In this document: positions 36,421-46,486 of the stretch, in pieces | Layout of the letters: each line of letters starts with the position of its first letter | Numbering within the stretch: position 1 is the first letter of the stretch | The notes under the pieces: model-generated | Database searches by the model: none | What the model was told of the DNA's origin: nothing | Seen by the model: the letters and a program-made list of their open reading frames with translations, nothing else | Position numbers and translations under genes: made by a program | Assembly: GCA_945946715.1 (NCBI GenBank) | Contig: CAMEWU010000001.1 | Coordinates: forward strand, 1 to 57,702 | DNA: 57,702 bases | Direction of reading: 5' to 3' | From: an uncultured Clostridium sp. | Lineage (GTDB): Bacteria > Bacillota > Clostridia > Lachnospirales > Lachnospiraceae

Positions 36421-39400
36421 TTATTCTATCCATGCACCATCTTTATTCAAAGTATAACCGTCAATGACAGTATCATATGCCATTTCGCCGGACTCTTTCA
36501 GATAATACCAGGTTCCGCCATCATTGAACCAACCGGTCTTCATAGAACCGGAAGCATCCAGATAATACCAGTTATCATCCAACTTCAACCAGCCGGTCTT
36601 CATAGCACCGGACTCTGTGAGATAATACCAGGTTCCACCGTCGTTAATCCATCCCGTTGCCATAGCACCGGAATTGGTTAAGTAGTACCAGGTTCCACCG
36701 TTCTGAAGCCAACCGGTCTTCATTGCACCGGAAGCATCAAAGTAGAACCAGTCATTATTAATTTGCTTCCAGCCGGTTGCCATCCATCCGTCTGCATCAA
36801 AGTAATACCAGGTTCCGCCAATTCCCTTCCAAGTACTGGTTGGGTAAGTTGCGTCTGCATACTGATACCACCATTTGTTCCCGGACTGTTTCCAGCCTTC
36901 CTGTACCGGATTTTGAACCCAGGCTCCTGAAGAACCTACATAGCTTCCTCCAATCCAGGTAGATTCTGCCATTTTACCGTTGCTCTGGAAATAATACCAT
37001 GTACCGTTAATTAACTGCCAACCGGTCAACATTGCTCCTGAACTATCCAGATAATACCAGGTTCCGTCAATTTCCTGCCAGCCGGTTTGCATAACAGCAT
37101 CCTTGTTGAAATAATACCAGATGCTGTTGATTTCTTTCCAGTCTGTGACAGCAACGCCGGTATCATCTAAATAGTACCATGCGGTATCTTCTTCATACCA
37201 CTGGCTGGTAACGATTTTGCCATCCTTATATAAGACCTTGGTTCCGTCTTCCTTTACATACCATCCATTGTCCGGAATTGCCGGTGTTGGATCCGCCGGA
37301 GTTGAAGGTGTTGGATTCTCCGGAGTTGGAGGTGTTGGATCCGCCGGAGTTGGAGGTGTTGGATCTTTTTCTGTTGTTTTATAAGCAATTGCATATTTTG
37401 AAAAGCTGTCTGTTTTAAAGGTGACTGTCTTTGCAGCAGCATCGTATGTAGCAGAAATTACCTCATAAGTACCATCGTGCTTCTGGTGTACAATTTCAAC
37501 ATCATCCGGCAACTCTTCTGATACAGTCAGAGAAATGGTTGCTTCATTTGTTAAATCTGTAATTTCAGTCGACCATACATCCTCCTCGCTTCCTCTGTAT
37601 ACAACATTGTTAAGATTCAAATCAAGATATGAATCAATGGAATATCCATTGGCAGCGGTTGTAAAGCCGGAAACATCTGTGGCTGTAGGCTGAACATCAT
37701 CAACACTTAGAACCGCAGTACCCATTGAGAATTCATCTGCATTTTCAGCATTAATTCCGATGCTACCGGTTGAAATTGCCGTAGAGCTTGTAGCTACTTT
37801 ATCCTCTACCGGTGCACAAGTTGCACCAAGGTGACAGTTGCCATTTGCAATGGTAAATGTATATTCTGCAACCTTATCCGGATTCGAACCAAACGCACCA
37901 CCATTTGGACCAAATGTTACAACCTGATAACCATATCTAGGAACTAATCGTACGGTAAGCTTACCACCTGCAATCAGAGTTGCTTCACCACGGTTTGGAT
38001 CTTCACTAAAACTTAAGTAAGCGTGATTGGCATTATTCATATCTTCCAGGTTATCATATGTTATTGTCTGACCTGCTCTATCCTGATATGAAAAACTTAC
38101 GAATTCTACAAGTGTGTGATCCAGGAATTGATCCGAACCTGCATCTTCTTCCAGATTGGACCATAGGAAGTTACCGGTTGGGAAATATCGATTCTGCGCG
38201 TCAATCTGTTCCTCACTACAGGTAAATTCTATCATTATTTCTAATACTCCATCTGCCATACTGTCAGGTATCACAAAGGAAAGACCGCTTTCGGATACCA
38301 AATCATCACGATTTGGATTTCCAATTGTATCCCAATCAACATCAACGCCATTAAATTTCATTCCAAAATAATCTAATTCAAAACCATCATTTGGCTTTGC
38401 ATATATGGTGAATGTCTTTCCCGGTGTTAATGAAGAAGGGTAGGTTACATCATTCGCTGATATATCCGGATAATTGTATGTGTCATATTTGTATCCAACA
38501 GTTCCGTTGATAGCATTCCGCACCTGAAAATGGATTGCATCCGCTCCAGAACCATAAGTACTTTCTGAACCAATAATTTCCATATTTGCAGTAACATTAT
38601 AGGTATCAGCATATGGTACAGTCAGAATAAATGATATTGTCTGAGACTGACCATTCAAATCCATGGCTTCAAGAATATCCCATTCACGAGTAGCTTCATT
38701 GGAACCCGGGATCTGACTTGAGTAATCTACGCCATTAATTTTAATTTCAGTATATCGCATATTAATTTGATTCACGAATTCAAATTCTACTGCATGAGAT
38801 CCTCCTACCTTTGGAGTAGCTGGATCCGCTGCATTATATGGATAAGTAACGAAAGGTTTTTGCGTAACAATATCCATTTGAGATCCTTCATCATAAGAAC
38901 GCTCCTGTGCATCTGCCCCGTTTATGTAATAAATTGCAGTAACAGGGAGACCGGCACCATCATGTAAATCTGTACCGCTAAAATGAATAGTGGAAGTTTT
39001 ATTTCCATCAAAATTGTATTCTTTCGATGCACCAGAGCCAGCGTGGCCACCGCCACCAGGCTGAGGGTCATTGCCACCATTGTCAGAACCAAAGCCAAAT
39101 TCTACTTCAAAGCTGGAATTTGCAACGGTACGTCCTTCATCCAATAAATCAGATAAATCAATTGTTACGCCATCGTTGCCTGTAAAACTTTCTGCTTCAT
39201 TGCCGGTTGTGCTATACTTACTTGCACCATTCACCCGAACGTTGACTCCTCTTCCTGCGTCAAGAGTATAGCCGCCATTTGGTTCGAATTTAAGTGTGAT
39301 GTTATTTGATGCACTTACATTCACTGAAGCATAGGAATTGGTTTCCGCTGTCTCAGCCACCATTGTAAAGTTCGAATCACCATCCAGCTTGTACCATATA

Positions 39401-39897
39401 TGACCGCCGGTCACTGCATTATCTTGACACTTAAAAGAAACTGTGCCTGGTTCTGCAGGCTGAGGGTCACCACCGCCACCGCCAGCACCGTTGTCAACTC
39501 CAAACTCTACATCATTAAGCGCTGTATTACTTGTGATGGCATAGCCCGCTTCGCTAATAAGAGCATTCTTGATTGTGCTCTCAGAATCGGTTTCAAGTAA
39601 ATTAGTATCGCCCTGTTTTAGTTGAATACCGGTCCAATCAACCTTATAACCCCCATTTGGAACAATTCTTACGGCAACCGCAGTCTGTGTGCCTTCGGTG
39701 TAATCTGTCCATCCAGAATTGTCAGTTGCTTTGTACTGCACCGTACCTTCCCCTTTATCAGCTTCACTCCGAAAAGTAACGGATAGGGTGACGACTTCTG
39801 CATGTACAGGAACAATTGGCTGACTACTCATAATAATGGAAAAAGCCATTAAAGCACTGAGAAGTCCCGCCAGTTTTCGTTTGACCTTTAACTTCAT
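36421..39897 (-). CDS. 1158-aa secreted surface protein: repeated beta-rich modules, a Pro/Thr linker, and ~13 C-terminal choline-binding-type cell-wall-binding repeats
   Basis: Signal peptide MKLKVKRKLAGLLSALMAFSII. Recurring PNGGY-x-(L/V)D modules. PTPPTPADPTPPTPENPTPSTPADPTP linker. GW-x4-G-x-WYY-x3-SGAM-x-TGW repeats. Confidence 0.85.
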   Translation of the reverse strand: MKLKVKRKLAGLLSALMAFSIIMSSQPIVPVHAEVVTLSVTFRSEADKGEGTVQYKATDNSGWTDYTEGTQTAVAVRIVPNGGYKVDWTGIQLKQGDTNLLETDSESTIKNALISEAGYAITSNTALNDVEFGVDNGAGGGGGDPQPAEPGTVSFKCQDNAVTGGHIWYKLDGDSNFTMVAETAETNSYASVNVSASNNITLKFEPNGGYTLDAGRGVNVRVNGASKYSTTGNEAESFTGNDGVTIDLSDLLDEGRTVANSSFEVEFGFGSDNGGNDPQPGGGGHAGSGASKEYNFDGNKTSTIHFSGTDLHDGAGLPVTAIYYINGADAQERSYDEGSQMDIVTQKPFVTYPYNAADPATPKVGGSHAVEFEFVNQINMRYTEIKINGVDYSSQIPGSNEATREWDILEAMDLNGQSQTISFILTVPYADTYNVTANMEIIGSESTYGSGADAIHFQVRNAINGTVGYKYDTYNYPDISANDVTYPSSLTPGKTFTIYAKPNDGFELDYFGMKFNGVDVDWDTIGNPNRDDLVSESGLSFVIPDSMADGVLEIMIEFTCSEEQIDAQNRYFPTGNFLWSNLEEDAGSDQFLDHTLVEFVSFSYQDRAGQTITYDNLEDMNNANHAYLSFSEDPNRGEATLIAGGKLTVRLVPRYGYQVVTFGPNGGAFGSNPDKVAEYTFTIANGNCHLGATCAPVEDKVATSSTAISTGSIGINAENADEFSMGTAVLSVDDVQPTATDVSGFTTAANGYSIDSYLDLNLNNVVYRGSEEDVWSTEITDLTNEATISLTVSEELPDDVEIVHQKHDGTYEVISATYDAAAKTVTFKTDSFSKYAIAYKTTEKDPTPPTPADPTPPTPENPTPSTPADPTPAIPDNGWYVKEDGTKVLYKDGKIVTSQWYEEDTAWYYLDDTGVAVTDWKEINSIWYYFNKDAVMQTGWQEIDGTWYYLDSSGAMLTGWQLINGTWYYFQSNGKMAESTWIGGSYVGSSGAWVQNPVQEGWKQSGNKWWYQYADATYPTSTWKGIGGTWYYFDADGWMATGWKQINNDWFYFDASGAMKTGWLQNGGTWYYLTNSGAMATGWINDGGTWYYLTESGAMKTGWLKLDDNWYYLDASGSMKTGWFNDGGTWYYLKESGEMAYDTVIDGYTLNKDGAWIE
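36424..37250 (-). repeat. Coding repeats: ~20-aa cell-wall-binding (CW_binding_1-like) units
   Basis: Periodic TGW...GTWYY... in translation and ~60-nt periodicity in the DNA. Confidence 0.85.
37283..37365 (-). repeat. 24-bp tandem repeat (~3.4 units) encoding the PTPPTPAD linker
   Basis: GGTGTTGGATCCGCCGGAGTTGGA-type units read on the plus strand. Confidence 0.9.
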
Positions 39898-40067
39898 TTA
39901 ATCACTCTCCTTGTTTATTTTTGTTCATCAATAATAATGACATACTATTATTACAAACTACCTATATCTTACCAAAATCCTTATTTTTCAACTATATTTT
40001 TACCGTTAATGGCATTGACAAATCTGGCAATTCTGTTATCATGATACAGCATGGAAGGAAGGTTTTT

Positions 40068-41495
40068 ATGAAACAGGCAAAAGGCTTACATTACTTAAAA
40101 CAAACATTTATCGGAGACCGGGCATTTTATAAGATGGTATTATCCATTGTGGTTCCTATTATCATACAGAATGGCATTACGAACTTTGTCAGTCTGTTAG
40201 ATAATATTATGGTTGGACAGATTGGAACGGAACAGATGTCAGGAGTTGCCATTGTAAACCAACTGATTTTTGTATATAATCTGTGTATTTTTGGTGGCTT
40301 GGCCGGTGCGGGTATCTTTACTGCACAGTATTTTGGACAGAAGGATCAGGAAGGTATCCGTCATACGTTCCGCTATAAGATTTGGATGGCATTAATCTTA
40401 ACCATAACAGCCATTCTCATATTTCTTATATTAGGAGAATCATTGATTCAGATGTATCTCAACGGAAGCAATGACGGTGGCAATCTGGAACTGGCACTGG
40501 AATATGGGCGACAGTACATGAATATTATGCTGATAGGATTGCCTCCGTTTATGATGGTACAGATTTATGCCAGCACCCTTCGGGAGTGTGGTGAGACTAA
40601 GGTGCCGATGAAAGCCGGAATTACAGCAGTCATGGTAAACCTTGTATTTAATTATCTGCTGATTTACGGAAAATTCGGACTGCCGAAATTAGGGGTAGCC
40701 GGTGCTGCAATAGCAACCGTATTATCCAGATATGTAGAAGCAGTGATTGTGATTATGTGGACCCATCGGCATCCGGAGAAGAACCTATATATTACCGGCA
40801 TATACCGTACATTACAAGTGCCATGGCATCTGGCAAAGAAGTATTTTATAAAGGGAATGCCGTTGCTGGTAAATGAGACGCTTTGGGCATCGGGAATGGC
40901 GGTTCTGACTCAGTGTTATTCCCTTCGGGGGCTAAGTGTGGTTGCCGGGCTAAATATTGCCAATACCATTAATAATGTCTTTAATGTTGTATTTATCGCC
41001 ATGGGAGATGCCATTGCCATTGTGATTGGACAACTGCTGGGAGCAGGGAAAATGAAAGAGGCCAGAGATTCGGATAATAAGATGATTGCCTTTTCCATAT
41101 TCAGTTGTATTATTATTGCGGGAATTATGCTGTTGATTTCCCCGTTGTTTCCACAGCTTTATAATACCACAGAGCAGGCGAGAACTTTAGCCAGACAGAT
41201 TATGATGGTACAGGCAATATTTATGCCGCAGGCTGCTTTTATGCATGCCGCATATTTTACCTTGCGTTCCGGGGGAAAAACTCTGGTTACGTTCTTATTT
41301 GACAGTGTATTTGTCTGGTGCGTCAGTGTGCCGATTGCTTATATCTTAAGCCGGTATACGGACTTGTATGTTGTCTGGATTCTGGTTGCTGTGCAGATAG
41401 GAGATTGGATTAAATGTCTGATTGGTTTTATTCTGGTGAAGAAAGGTGTCTGGATTCAGAATATTGTAGGTGGAGAGATAGAAAAATCAAAGTAA
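40068..41495 (+). CDS. MATE-family efflux transporter
   Basis: 12-TM profile with typical MATE N-terminus (P-x-I-x-QN...LLDNIMVGQ-G). RBS GGAAGGAAGG before the ATG at 40068; the ORF track start at 39921 is a non-ATG extension. Confidence 0.85.
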   Translation: MKQAKGLHYLKQTFIGDRAFYKMVLSIVVPIIIQNGITNFVSLLDNIMVGQIGTEQMSGVAIVNQLIFVYNLCIFGGLAGAGIFTAQYFGQKDQEGIRHTFRYKIWMALILTITAILIFLILGESLIQMYLNGSNDGGNLELALEYGRQYMNIMLIGLPPFMMVQIYASTLRECGETKVPMKAGITAVMVNLVFNYLLIYGKFGLPKLGVAGAAIATVLSRYVEAVIVIMWTHRHPEKNLYITGIYRTLQVPWHLAKKYFIKGMPLLVNETLWASGMAVLTQCYSLRGLSVVAGLNIANTINNVFNVVFIAMGDAIAIVIGQLLGAGKMKEARDSDNKMIAFSIFSCIIIAGIMLLISPLFPQLYNTTEQARTLARQIMMVQAIFMPQAAFMHAAYFTLRSGGKTLVTFLFDSVFVWCVSVPIAYILSRYTDLYVVWILVAVQIGDWIKCLIGFILVKKGVWIQNIVGGEIEKSK

Positions 41496-41510
41496 GGGAC
41501 CGGAATGCAG

Positions 41511-41545
41511 AAGGAGACAGAACCTCTATGAGGAACTGTCTCCTT
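41511..41545. terminator. Hairpin between convergent genes, overlapping the last codons of the minus-strand gene
   Basis: AAGGAGACAG-15 nt-CTGTCTCCTT. Confidence 0.5.
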
Positions 41546-44042
41546 CAGTGTGATAGGGACGTTTTCTTCGCTGAATATATACTATCATGCCGGCACCAAG
41601 AAGAAGTCCCAATAGGGATACTATGCTACCGGTCAGCAGATGAGGATATACAATGTGTAATGTAACCTGTGGTTCATCTATGACCAGTAGATTATTTTCG
41701 TTATGAATGGCTTGCTGTGTCCGGAAATTATCCTGAAAAGCAAGGGTAGTATTTACCGGTACCTTTTCGCTTTCAATGATTATGGTATTTCCCTCCATAG
41801 AAATAGAAATTGGAATTATTTCCCGGTTCGGTATCTGGCTGTATTTTAATTGAAAACAGTCATCTAAGATACTCCATAAGTCCGGATTGTCTGTGTTCAT
41901 GGCAAAGTAAGCCAGGTTCAGACCCAGATAGTATATGTTTTCGTTGGAAGAGTCATAGCTTAAAAATGGTATAATTTCTCCGCCTTCATTGATATAACCT
42001 AAGACCTGATCCGGTTCATTGGTATATCCGGTAAGCCATTCCTCAGAACCTTCCGGAAACTGTCCTGCAGCAATGCTGTCATTCTTGTAGTGGAGATTCG
42101 GAAAAGTATGGGTCAAAGTAATGGTGTCCTGTGTTATTCCCAAAAAGGTCTTTTCCATCCGCCCATTTTCCGGAATGTGGGCACAGTCAATAACAATTCG
42201 TGTACCCTGATTTGCTACCGTTTGTAGCAGGGATTCTGCTTCTTTTTGATTGTGATAGGAGAATCCACTTAAAAACAAAGTATCATATGCGGTTAATTCT
42301 TCCACAGAATAATCGTCGATATAATTGGACATCCCGGTTGTAAAAGTCGGATAATAAATGGACAAGGCGGCTCCGTATTCTCCGATGGTAAGGCCGGAAT
42401 ATTCAGTTGCTACACCAAAGGTTTCCGGTGTGCTGGCTTGGAATAAGTAGGTGGCCTCAGTTTCTTCAATTAACTCATATCCACAGGCTTTTGCAGCATC
42501 CAGCAGCTGTTTCTCCTGATGAACAAGAGATTTTCGAACCATTACGGCATCATCTCCTAATTCAATGCTGCGGTCGAACACATAGAGATATTCTTCCCGT
42601 TCCAAAGCTTCATTTACCAGCATAATATTCTGAGCAGTAGCAGCTCCCTGCCAAGCCCATCCAAAGGTATAATCTACAGCATCGTCACCGGTTACCATGC
42701 TCCAGGATGGATAAGAACCAAAGCTGCTTAAGTCCATTAAACTCCCCCGCTGTTGAACATGTTCTTTTAATAATAGGCTGTCTGTTTTAGCAACTTCTGG
42801 AGCCGGTGTATAGTATCGGGGCAGACAAGCCAGTGAAACAGCACTGTCTGCAATCATCAAAGACATAAATAGGATGGCATATTTCTTTCTTAATGTGTTC
42901 CATTCCAGCAGAGACAACAAGAAACAGGCATAAGCAAGAGCATTAAAGCGGGTCATCCAAAGAAATTCTCCCAAAGGAATATGTCTGGTAACCGTAGCTG
43001 CTGCCGGGGTAGTACCCAGCAGGACAAGTAGTGCAAAACAGAAACCGGCTTTCTGTTTTTTATTTGCCAGTAAAATACCCAATATGGTTATAATCAGAAT
43101 AGATATTCCAAAGTAATATGTGTCCGCCACACCGGTCACCCGGTTTTCAGGATTCAGGGAAGTAGTCAAAGAAAAGGTCAGCAGGTCATGAACCTGTGAG
43201 CTGGAATCACCCATAGAAAGCATACCCCCTGACAAGGCAGGAATAAACCAGATACCGGCTATCAGGATTCCGATTACCATAGCGGTCAAAGCTTCGATAT
43301 CTTGTTGGAAATGACGGTTTAAGAATCCGTCAAAGCATAAGAACAGAAAGCATCCGATTCCTACAATGGCAGTAAACATCAGATGGGTAAAGGTCATAAG
43401 GCTCATGGTCAGCATTAATCCAATAAGACCGGAACGCTGTTGCTTCCGGATGTATCTCCAAAGGAAATAGATTACATAAGGAATCCATACAGATGTCAGA
43501 ATTCGCGGCATATTTCCTTCACAGAAAAATACCCGGATATTATCCGGCAGGAAGGTCCAGAGCAAAGCACAGCCAATGGCAATCACAGGACGCTTACTAT
43601 CCTTTCCCATAAGGAGAAACGGAAAACCGCCGAGGAAGCAGACACAGCCTGCAAACAGATAATAGGCATGTAGAATATCGCCTCCGGTTATCCATTGAAG
43701 CAATGCCATAAAGTAATAAGCCAGTGGTGGCCAGTAACGGTAAAGTTGGATGCCATTATACCACTGAGGAGAATACAGGGGATACCAGTCACCAGCCAGA
43801 ATATGATCATACATATACTTGGATTTATACATATGTCCCCAGACATCATTACCGGAAGGCTCCCAGTGGTTCAACCACAAAAAGGCAGTGAAAGTCATGG
43901 CGGTAAGCAGTAGAAGACCTGCACCAATCCAGAAGAGCAGAGTGGCTTTCTTTTCTATGCTTGGTTGTGTTTGTTTTGGTTGTATTGGTTTCATAGGTTT
44001 TGTCCTCCATGTAACGGATACAGGTACATTAATCATCTTCAA
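41526..44042 (-). CDS. 838-aa polytopic membrane protein (GT-C-like N-terminal half, extracytoplasmic C-terminal half, terminal TM + RRKR); exosortase-G-locus-associated
   Basis: More than 10 predicted TM helices in aa 30-400, a soluble region, and the terminal segment LLTGSIVSLLGLLLGAGMIVYIQRRKRP. The ORF overlaps the upstream gene in the same operon. Confidence 0.6.
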   Translation of the reverse strand: MKMINVPVSVTWRTKPMKPIQPKQTQPSIEKKATLLFWIGAGLLLLTAMTFTAFLWLNHWEPSGNDVWGHMYKSKYMYDHILAGDWYPLYSPQWYNGIQLYRYWPPLAYYFMALLQWITGGDILHAYYLFAGCVCFLGGFPFLLMGKDSKRPVIAIGCALLWTFLPDNIRVFFCEGNMPRILTSVWIPYVIYFLWRYIRKQQRSGLIGLMLTMSLMTFTHLMFTAIVGIGCFLFLCFDGFLNRHFQQDIEALTAMVIGILIAGIWFIPALSGGMLSMGDSSSQVHDLLTFSLTTSLNPENRVTGVADTYYFGISILIITILGILLANKKQKAGFCFALLVLLGTTPAAATVTRHIPLGEFLWMTRFNALAYACFLLSLLEWNTLRKKYAILFMSLMIADSAVSLACLPRYYTPAPEVAKTDSLLLKEHVQQRGSLMDLSSFGSYPSWSMVTGDDAVDYTFGWAWQGAATAQNIMLVNEALEREEYLYVFDRSIELGDDAVMVRKSLVHQEKQLLDAAKACGYELIEETEATYLFQASTPETFGVATEYSGLTIGEYGAALSIYYPTFTTGMSNYIDDYSVEELTAYDTLFLSGFSYHNQKEAESLLQTVANQGTRIVIDCAHIPENGRMEKTFLGITQDTITLTHTFPNLHYKNDSIAAGQFPEGSEEWLTGYTNEPDQVLGYINEGGEIIPFLSYDSSNENIYYLGLNLAYFAMNTDNPDLWSILDDCFQLKYSQIPNREIIPISISMEGNTIIIESEKVPVNTTLAFQDNFRTQQAIHNENNLLVIDEPQVTLHIVYPHLLTGSIVSLLGLLLGAGMIVYIQRRKRPYHTEGDSSS

Positions 44043-45108
44043 TCATACTGATGACATAGGAACGGGAAGGGGTTTCACTCATTTCCATCATAAGGAATAA
44101 CCAGCCCTCTTCATTTAAAATGGTACTAAGCTGTTCTTTAAAATAATCACAGCAGTTTTCCAGTGTAGGATTAATGATATCGAAAGGAGGACATTCATTT
44201 AAATCCTTATCCTGATATTGATCCATAAAAGCCTCAATTTTCTTTTCCAAATCCGTGAACTGAATAAAATTCTGTTGCATCTTAATCACATGGAGTGTAA
44301 TTTCCCAGGTGTGAGGATGCATGGCACCCAGTACGCCATTAATATAAATGGCATGTCGGGCATTTAAGTAAAACTTGAATTTATACTGTTTATACCGATT
44401 ACTTTTGCCACTGTGGTGAATGGTAATGGAGGTGTCTTCACCATCCGGTTTGGCTGTATTCTCTAATCGTTCGAATTCCTGATTGCGTTCCAATAGTTCT
44501 TTCTGTGTTTGGGTAAGAAGCCGTTCTGTTTTGGTCCAGGCACCGGATAGGGCAGTGACAGCACCAATTGCCAGAAGCAGCAGGACCGCAAAAAGCAGAA
44601 TGATATATACCTCATAGGTAGTAATACTACCTGTAGATAAAAACTGGGAGCGGTCTGTAATCATTCCTACGGTATAGGTATCAGCTCCTACATTAAAATC
44701 GGTGGTAGTAAGTATTCCATTTTGTGCCTTCAGGTTTTCAAAGAAGGATGCCCGGTCTTTCAAAGTGGTTAGCGACTGGGTGGTTGACAGGTTTTTGGCA
44801 AAGATAACCTGCTCATTCTGAATCAGGAAGGTCCAGCTTCCCCCGGAAACAGGCACATGGGTAGACAGATATTCCACGACCTCTTCGGAAGAAGCACCTG
44901 TTTCATACATGGTAAAAAGGGTATCTGAAAGCTGATTACAGTACTGCTGCTGTGTATTGGTATCCCGGGTCACGTAACTGTTGGTAATTCCATTCAGAAT
45001 AGTAAGTAACAGAACAATGGAAGCAACGGTTACCAGTATAATAGTAAGGATTATGGTGGTCAAACGACTGGCAGGATGCTGTTGCCAGTGGAAGGTTTTC
45101 TTATTCAT
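44029..45108 (-). CDS. Membrane protein with TM / extracytoplasmic domain / TM / coiled coil and a C-terminal 6-pyruvoyl-tetrahydropterin-synthase (PTPS)-related domain
   Basis: TM segments at aa ~17-37 and ~178-200. C-terminal FKFYLNARHAIY...MHPHTWEITLHV resembles the PTPS/QueD His-ligand pattern. Confidence 0.6.
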   Translation of the reverse strand: MNKKTFHWQQHPASRLTTIILTIILVTVASIVLLLTILNGITNSYVTRDTNTQQQYCNQLSDTLFTMYETGASSEEVVEYLSTHVPVSGGSWTFLIQNEQVIFAKNLSTTQSLTTLKDRASFFENLKAQNGILTTTDFNVGADTYTVGMITDRSQFLSTGSITTYEVYIILLFAVLLLLAIGAVTALSGAWTKTERLLTQTQKELLERNQEFERLENTAKPDGEDTSITIHHSGKSNRYKQYKFKFYLNARHAIYINGVLGAMHPHTWEITLHVIKMQQNFIQFTDLEKKIEAFMDQYQDKDLNECPPFDIINPTLENCCDYFKEQLSTILNEEGWLFLMMEMSETPSRSYVISMIEDD

Positions 45109-46486
45109 CTGTATTTACCTCCGATTTCCATTTCTGAAGCTGCCGACGGATTCCTTGAAAATCATGTCGGATAACATTACAAAAAGCAGCCCATTCCTCT
45201 GAGAAATTCTTCATTTTCCAGCTCTGCGTTCCTTTAATGGCATTAATGATGCCGGCAAAGCGAAACCAGAATATCATAAAATTATAAAGAGGCAGCAGGG
45301 CAATCAAATACCATTTTCTGGCATAATAGCGTTGTAACTGTTTCTCTTTTGATAAAAACATCAGAATGCAGATATAAAGCAAAAGAGTAGAAAACACATA
45401 TAACAGGTACATGATGATAACGGATTTTACAATCAGCATAATAGGATAATTAATAAATGCAAGGCATATTAAAGCAAAATACCAAATCATCCGGGGAAAT
45501 GCAAAGGTATGGTCATACATCAGTAAGCGAATGACAAAATCGGATAAGAAGCCTTTGCCAAAAAACATACCACGTCCCTTAAACATATGCATGACTTCAA
45601 TTTCTCCCCGTTGCCAACGCTGGCGCTGGATATAAAGACGGTTCAAGTCTTCAATAGGGTCAACAAAGAAATATGCATCTTCACATAATGCCACCTGTTC
45701 CTTCAAGGTGTCCCGAATCTGGAAGGTTACATGTGTATCCTCACAAATAGTATCTGTATTATATAGCTGTGTTTTTAAAATGGCTGACTTTCGAAAGGCA
45801 GAAAAGGCACCGGATAGAGTAAATATGCTGTTAAACTCTGATTGAAAATTCCGTCCGGCTAAAAAGGCCTGACAGTATTCGAAGAATTCCAGCTTCCGCA
45901 GCAGACGGAGAGGAAAAGATTTAGTTTCATCAATCATTTCCGGATTTGTCATAATGGTACCGGTCAGACAGTCAATGGTATCTTCCTCTTCAAATCGGCG
46001 CACCATATTGTACAGGGCTTCCGGATGCAGAACTCCATCACTGTCGATGTGAATAATGTATTTTCCATAGCTGTTAAATAAAGCCAGATTTAATGCTTTG
46101 GATTTCCCCTGCTCCGAATTCATCCAGGTGATAGTTAGCTCAGGGAAGTCCTCCTGGCATTGACAATATACCTGAAAGCTGTCATCGGTACTTTCATTAT
46201 TGACTAACATAATATAAATCAGTTTACTGTCATAGGTAGAATCATTTATGGATTTGATGCATGCATAAAGCGTCTCGGCAGAGTTATATACCGGAATAAT
46301 CAGTGTAATTTCCGGGCAATACTGCAATTCTTCCTCTTTTTTTCTGAAGATTCTACGCTTCAGCAAAATAAAAAAGTCAAAAACAGTGGGAATAATTTCC
46401 ATTACAATGGGAATGATAACCCATGCCATCCAAAAGAGAATCGGACTATGCAATAAATCATTCATGAATGTCATATCGGAATGCAC
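45101..46486 (-). CDS. Processive family-2 glycosyltransferase (PgaC/cellulose-synthase-like), exosortase-G-associated type
   Basis: IIPVYN, HIDSDG (DxD) and QRQRWQRG (Q-x-x-RW) motifs, with N- and C-terminal TM helices. Exact start uncertain (ATGs at 46486, 46474, 46465). Confidence 0.8.
   Translation of the reverse strand: MHSDMTFMNDLLHSPILFWMAWVIIPIVMEIIPTVFDFFILLKRRIFRKKEEELQYCPEITLIIPVYNSAETLYACIKSINDSTYDSKLIYIMLVNNESTDDSFQVYCQCQEDFPELTITWMNSEQGKSKALNLALFNSYGKYIIHIDSDGVLHPEALYNMVRRFEEEDTIDCLTGTIMTNPEMIDETKSFPLRLLRKLEFFEYCQAFLAGRNFQSEFNSIFTLSGAFSAFRKSAILKTQLYNTDTICEDTHVTFQIRDTLKEQVALCEDAYFFVDPIEDLNRLYIQRQRWQRGEIEVMHMFKGRGMFFGKGFLSDFVIRLLMYDHTFAFPRMIWYFALICLAFINYPIMLIVKSVIIMYLLYVFSTLLLYICILMFLSKEKQLQRYYARKWYLIALLPLYNFMIFWFRFAGIINAIKGTQSWKMKNFSEEWAAFCNVIRHDFQGIRRQLQKWKSEVNTDE

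Noticed and set aside
36412-36681. 89-aa plus-strand ORF antisense to the wall-binding repeats
   Set aside because: It is a repetitive antisense translation artefact of the GW/WYY repeat DNA.
37254-37442. 62-aa minus-strand ORF with RRIQHLQL repeats
   Set aside because: It is an out-of-frame reading of the 24-bp Pro/Thr linker repeat inside the 1158-aa gene.
39921-40067. N-terminal 49-aa extension of the MATE ORF in the ORF track
   Set aside because: It uses a non-ATG start in AT-rich promoter-like DNA. A strong RBS precedes the internal ATG at 40068, which gives a normal-length MATE protein.
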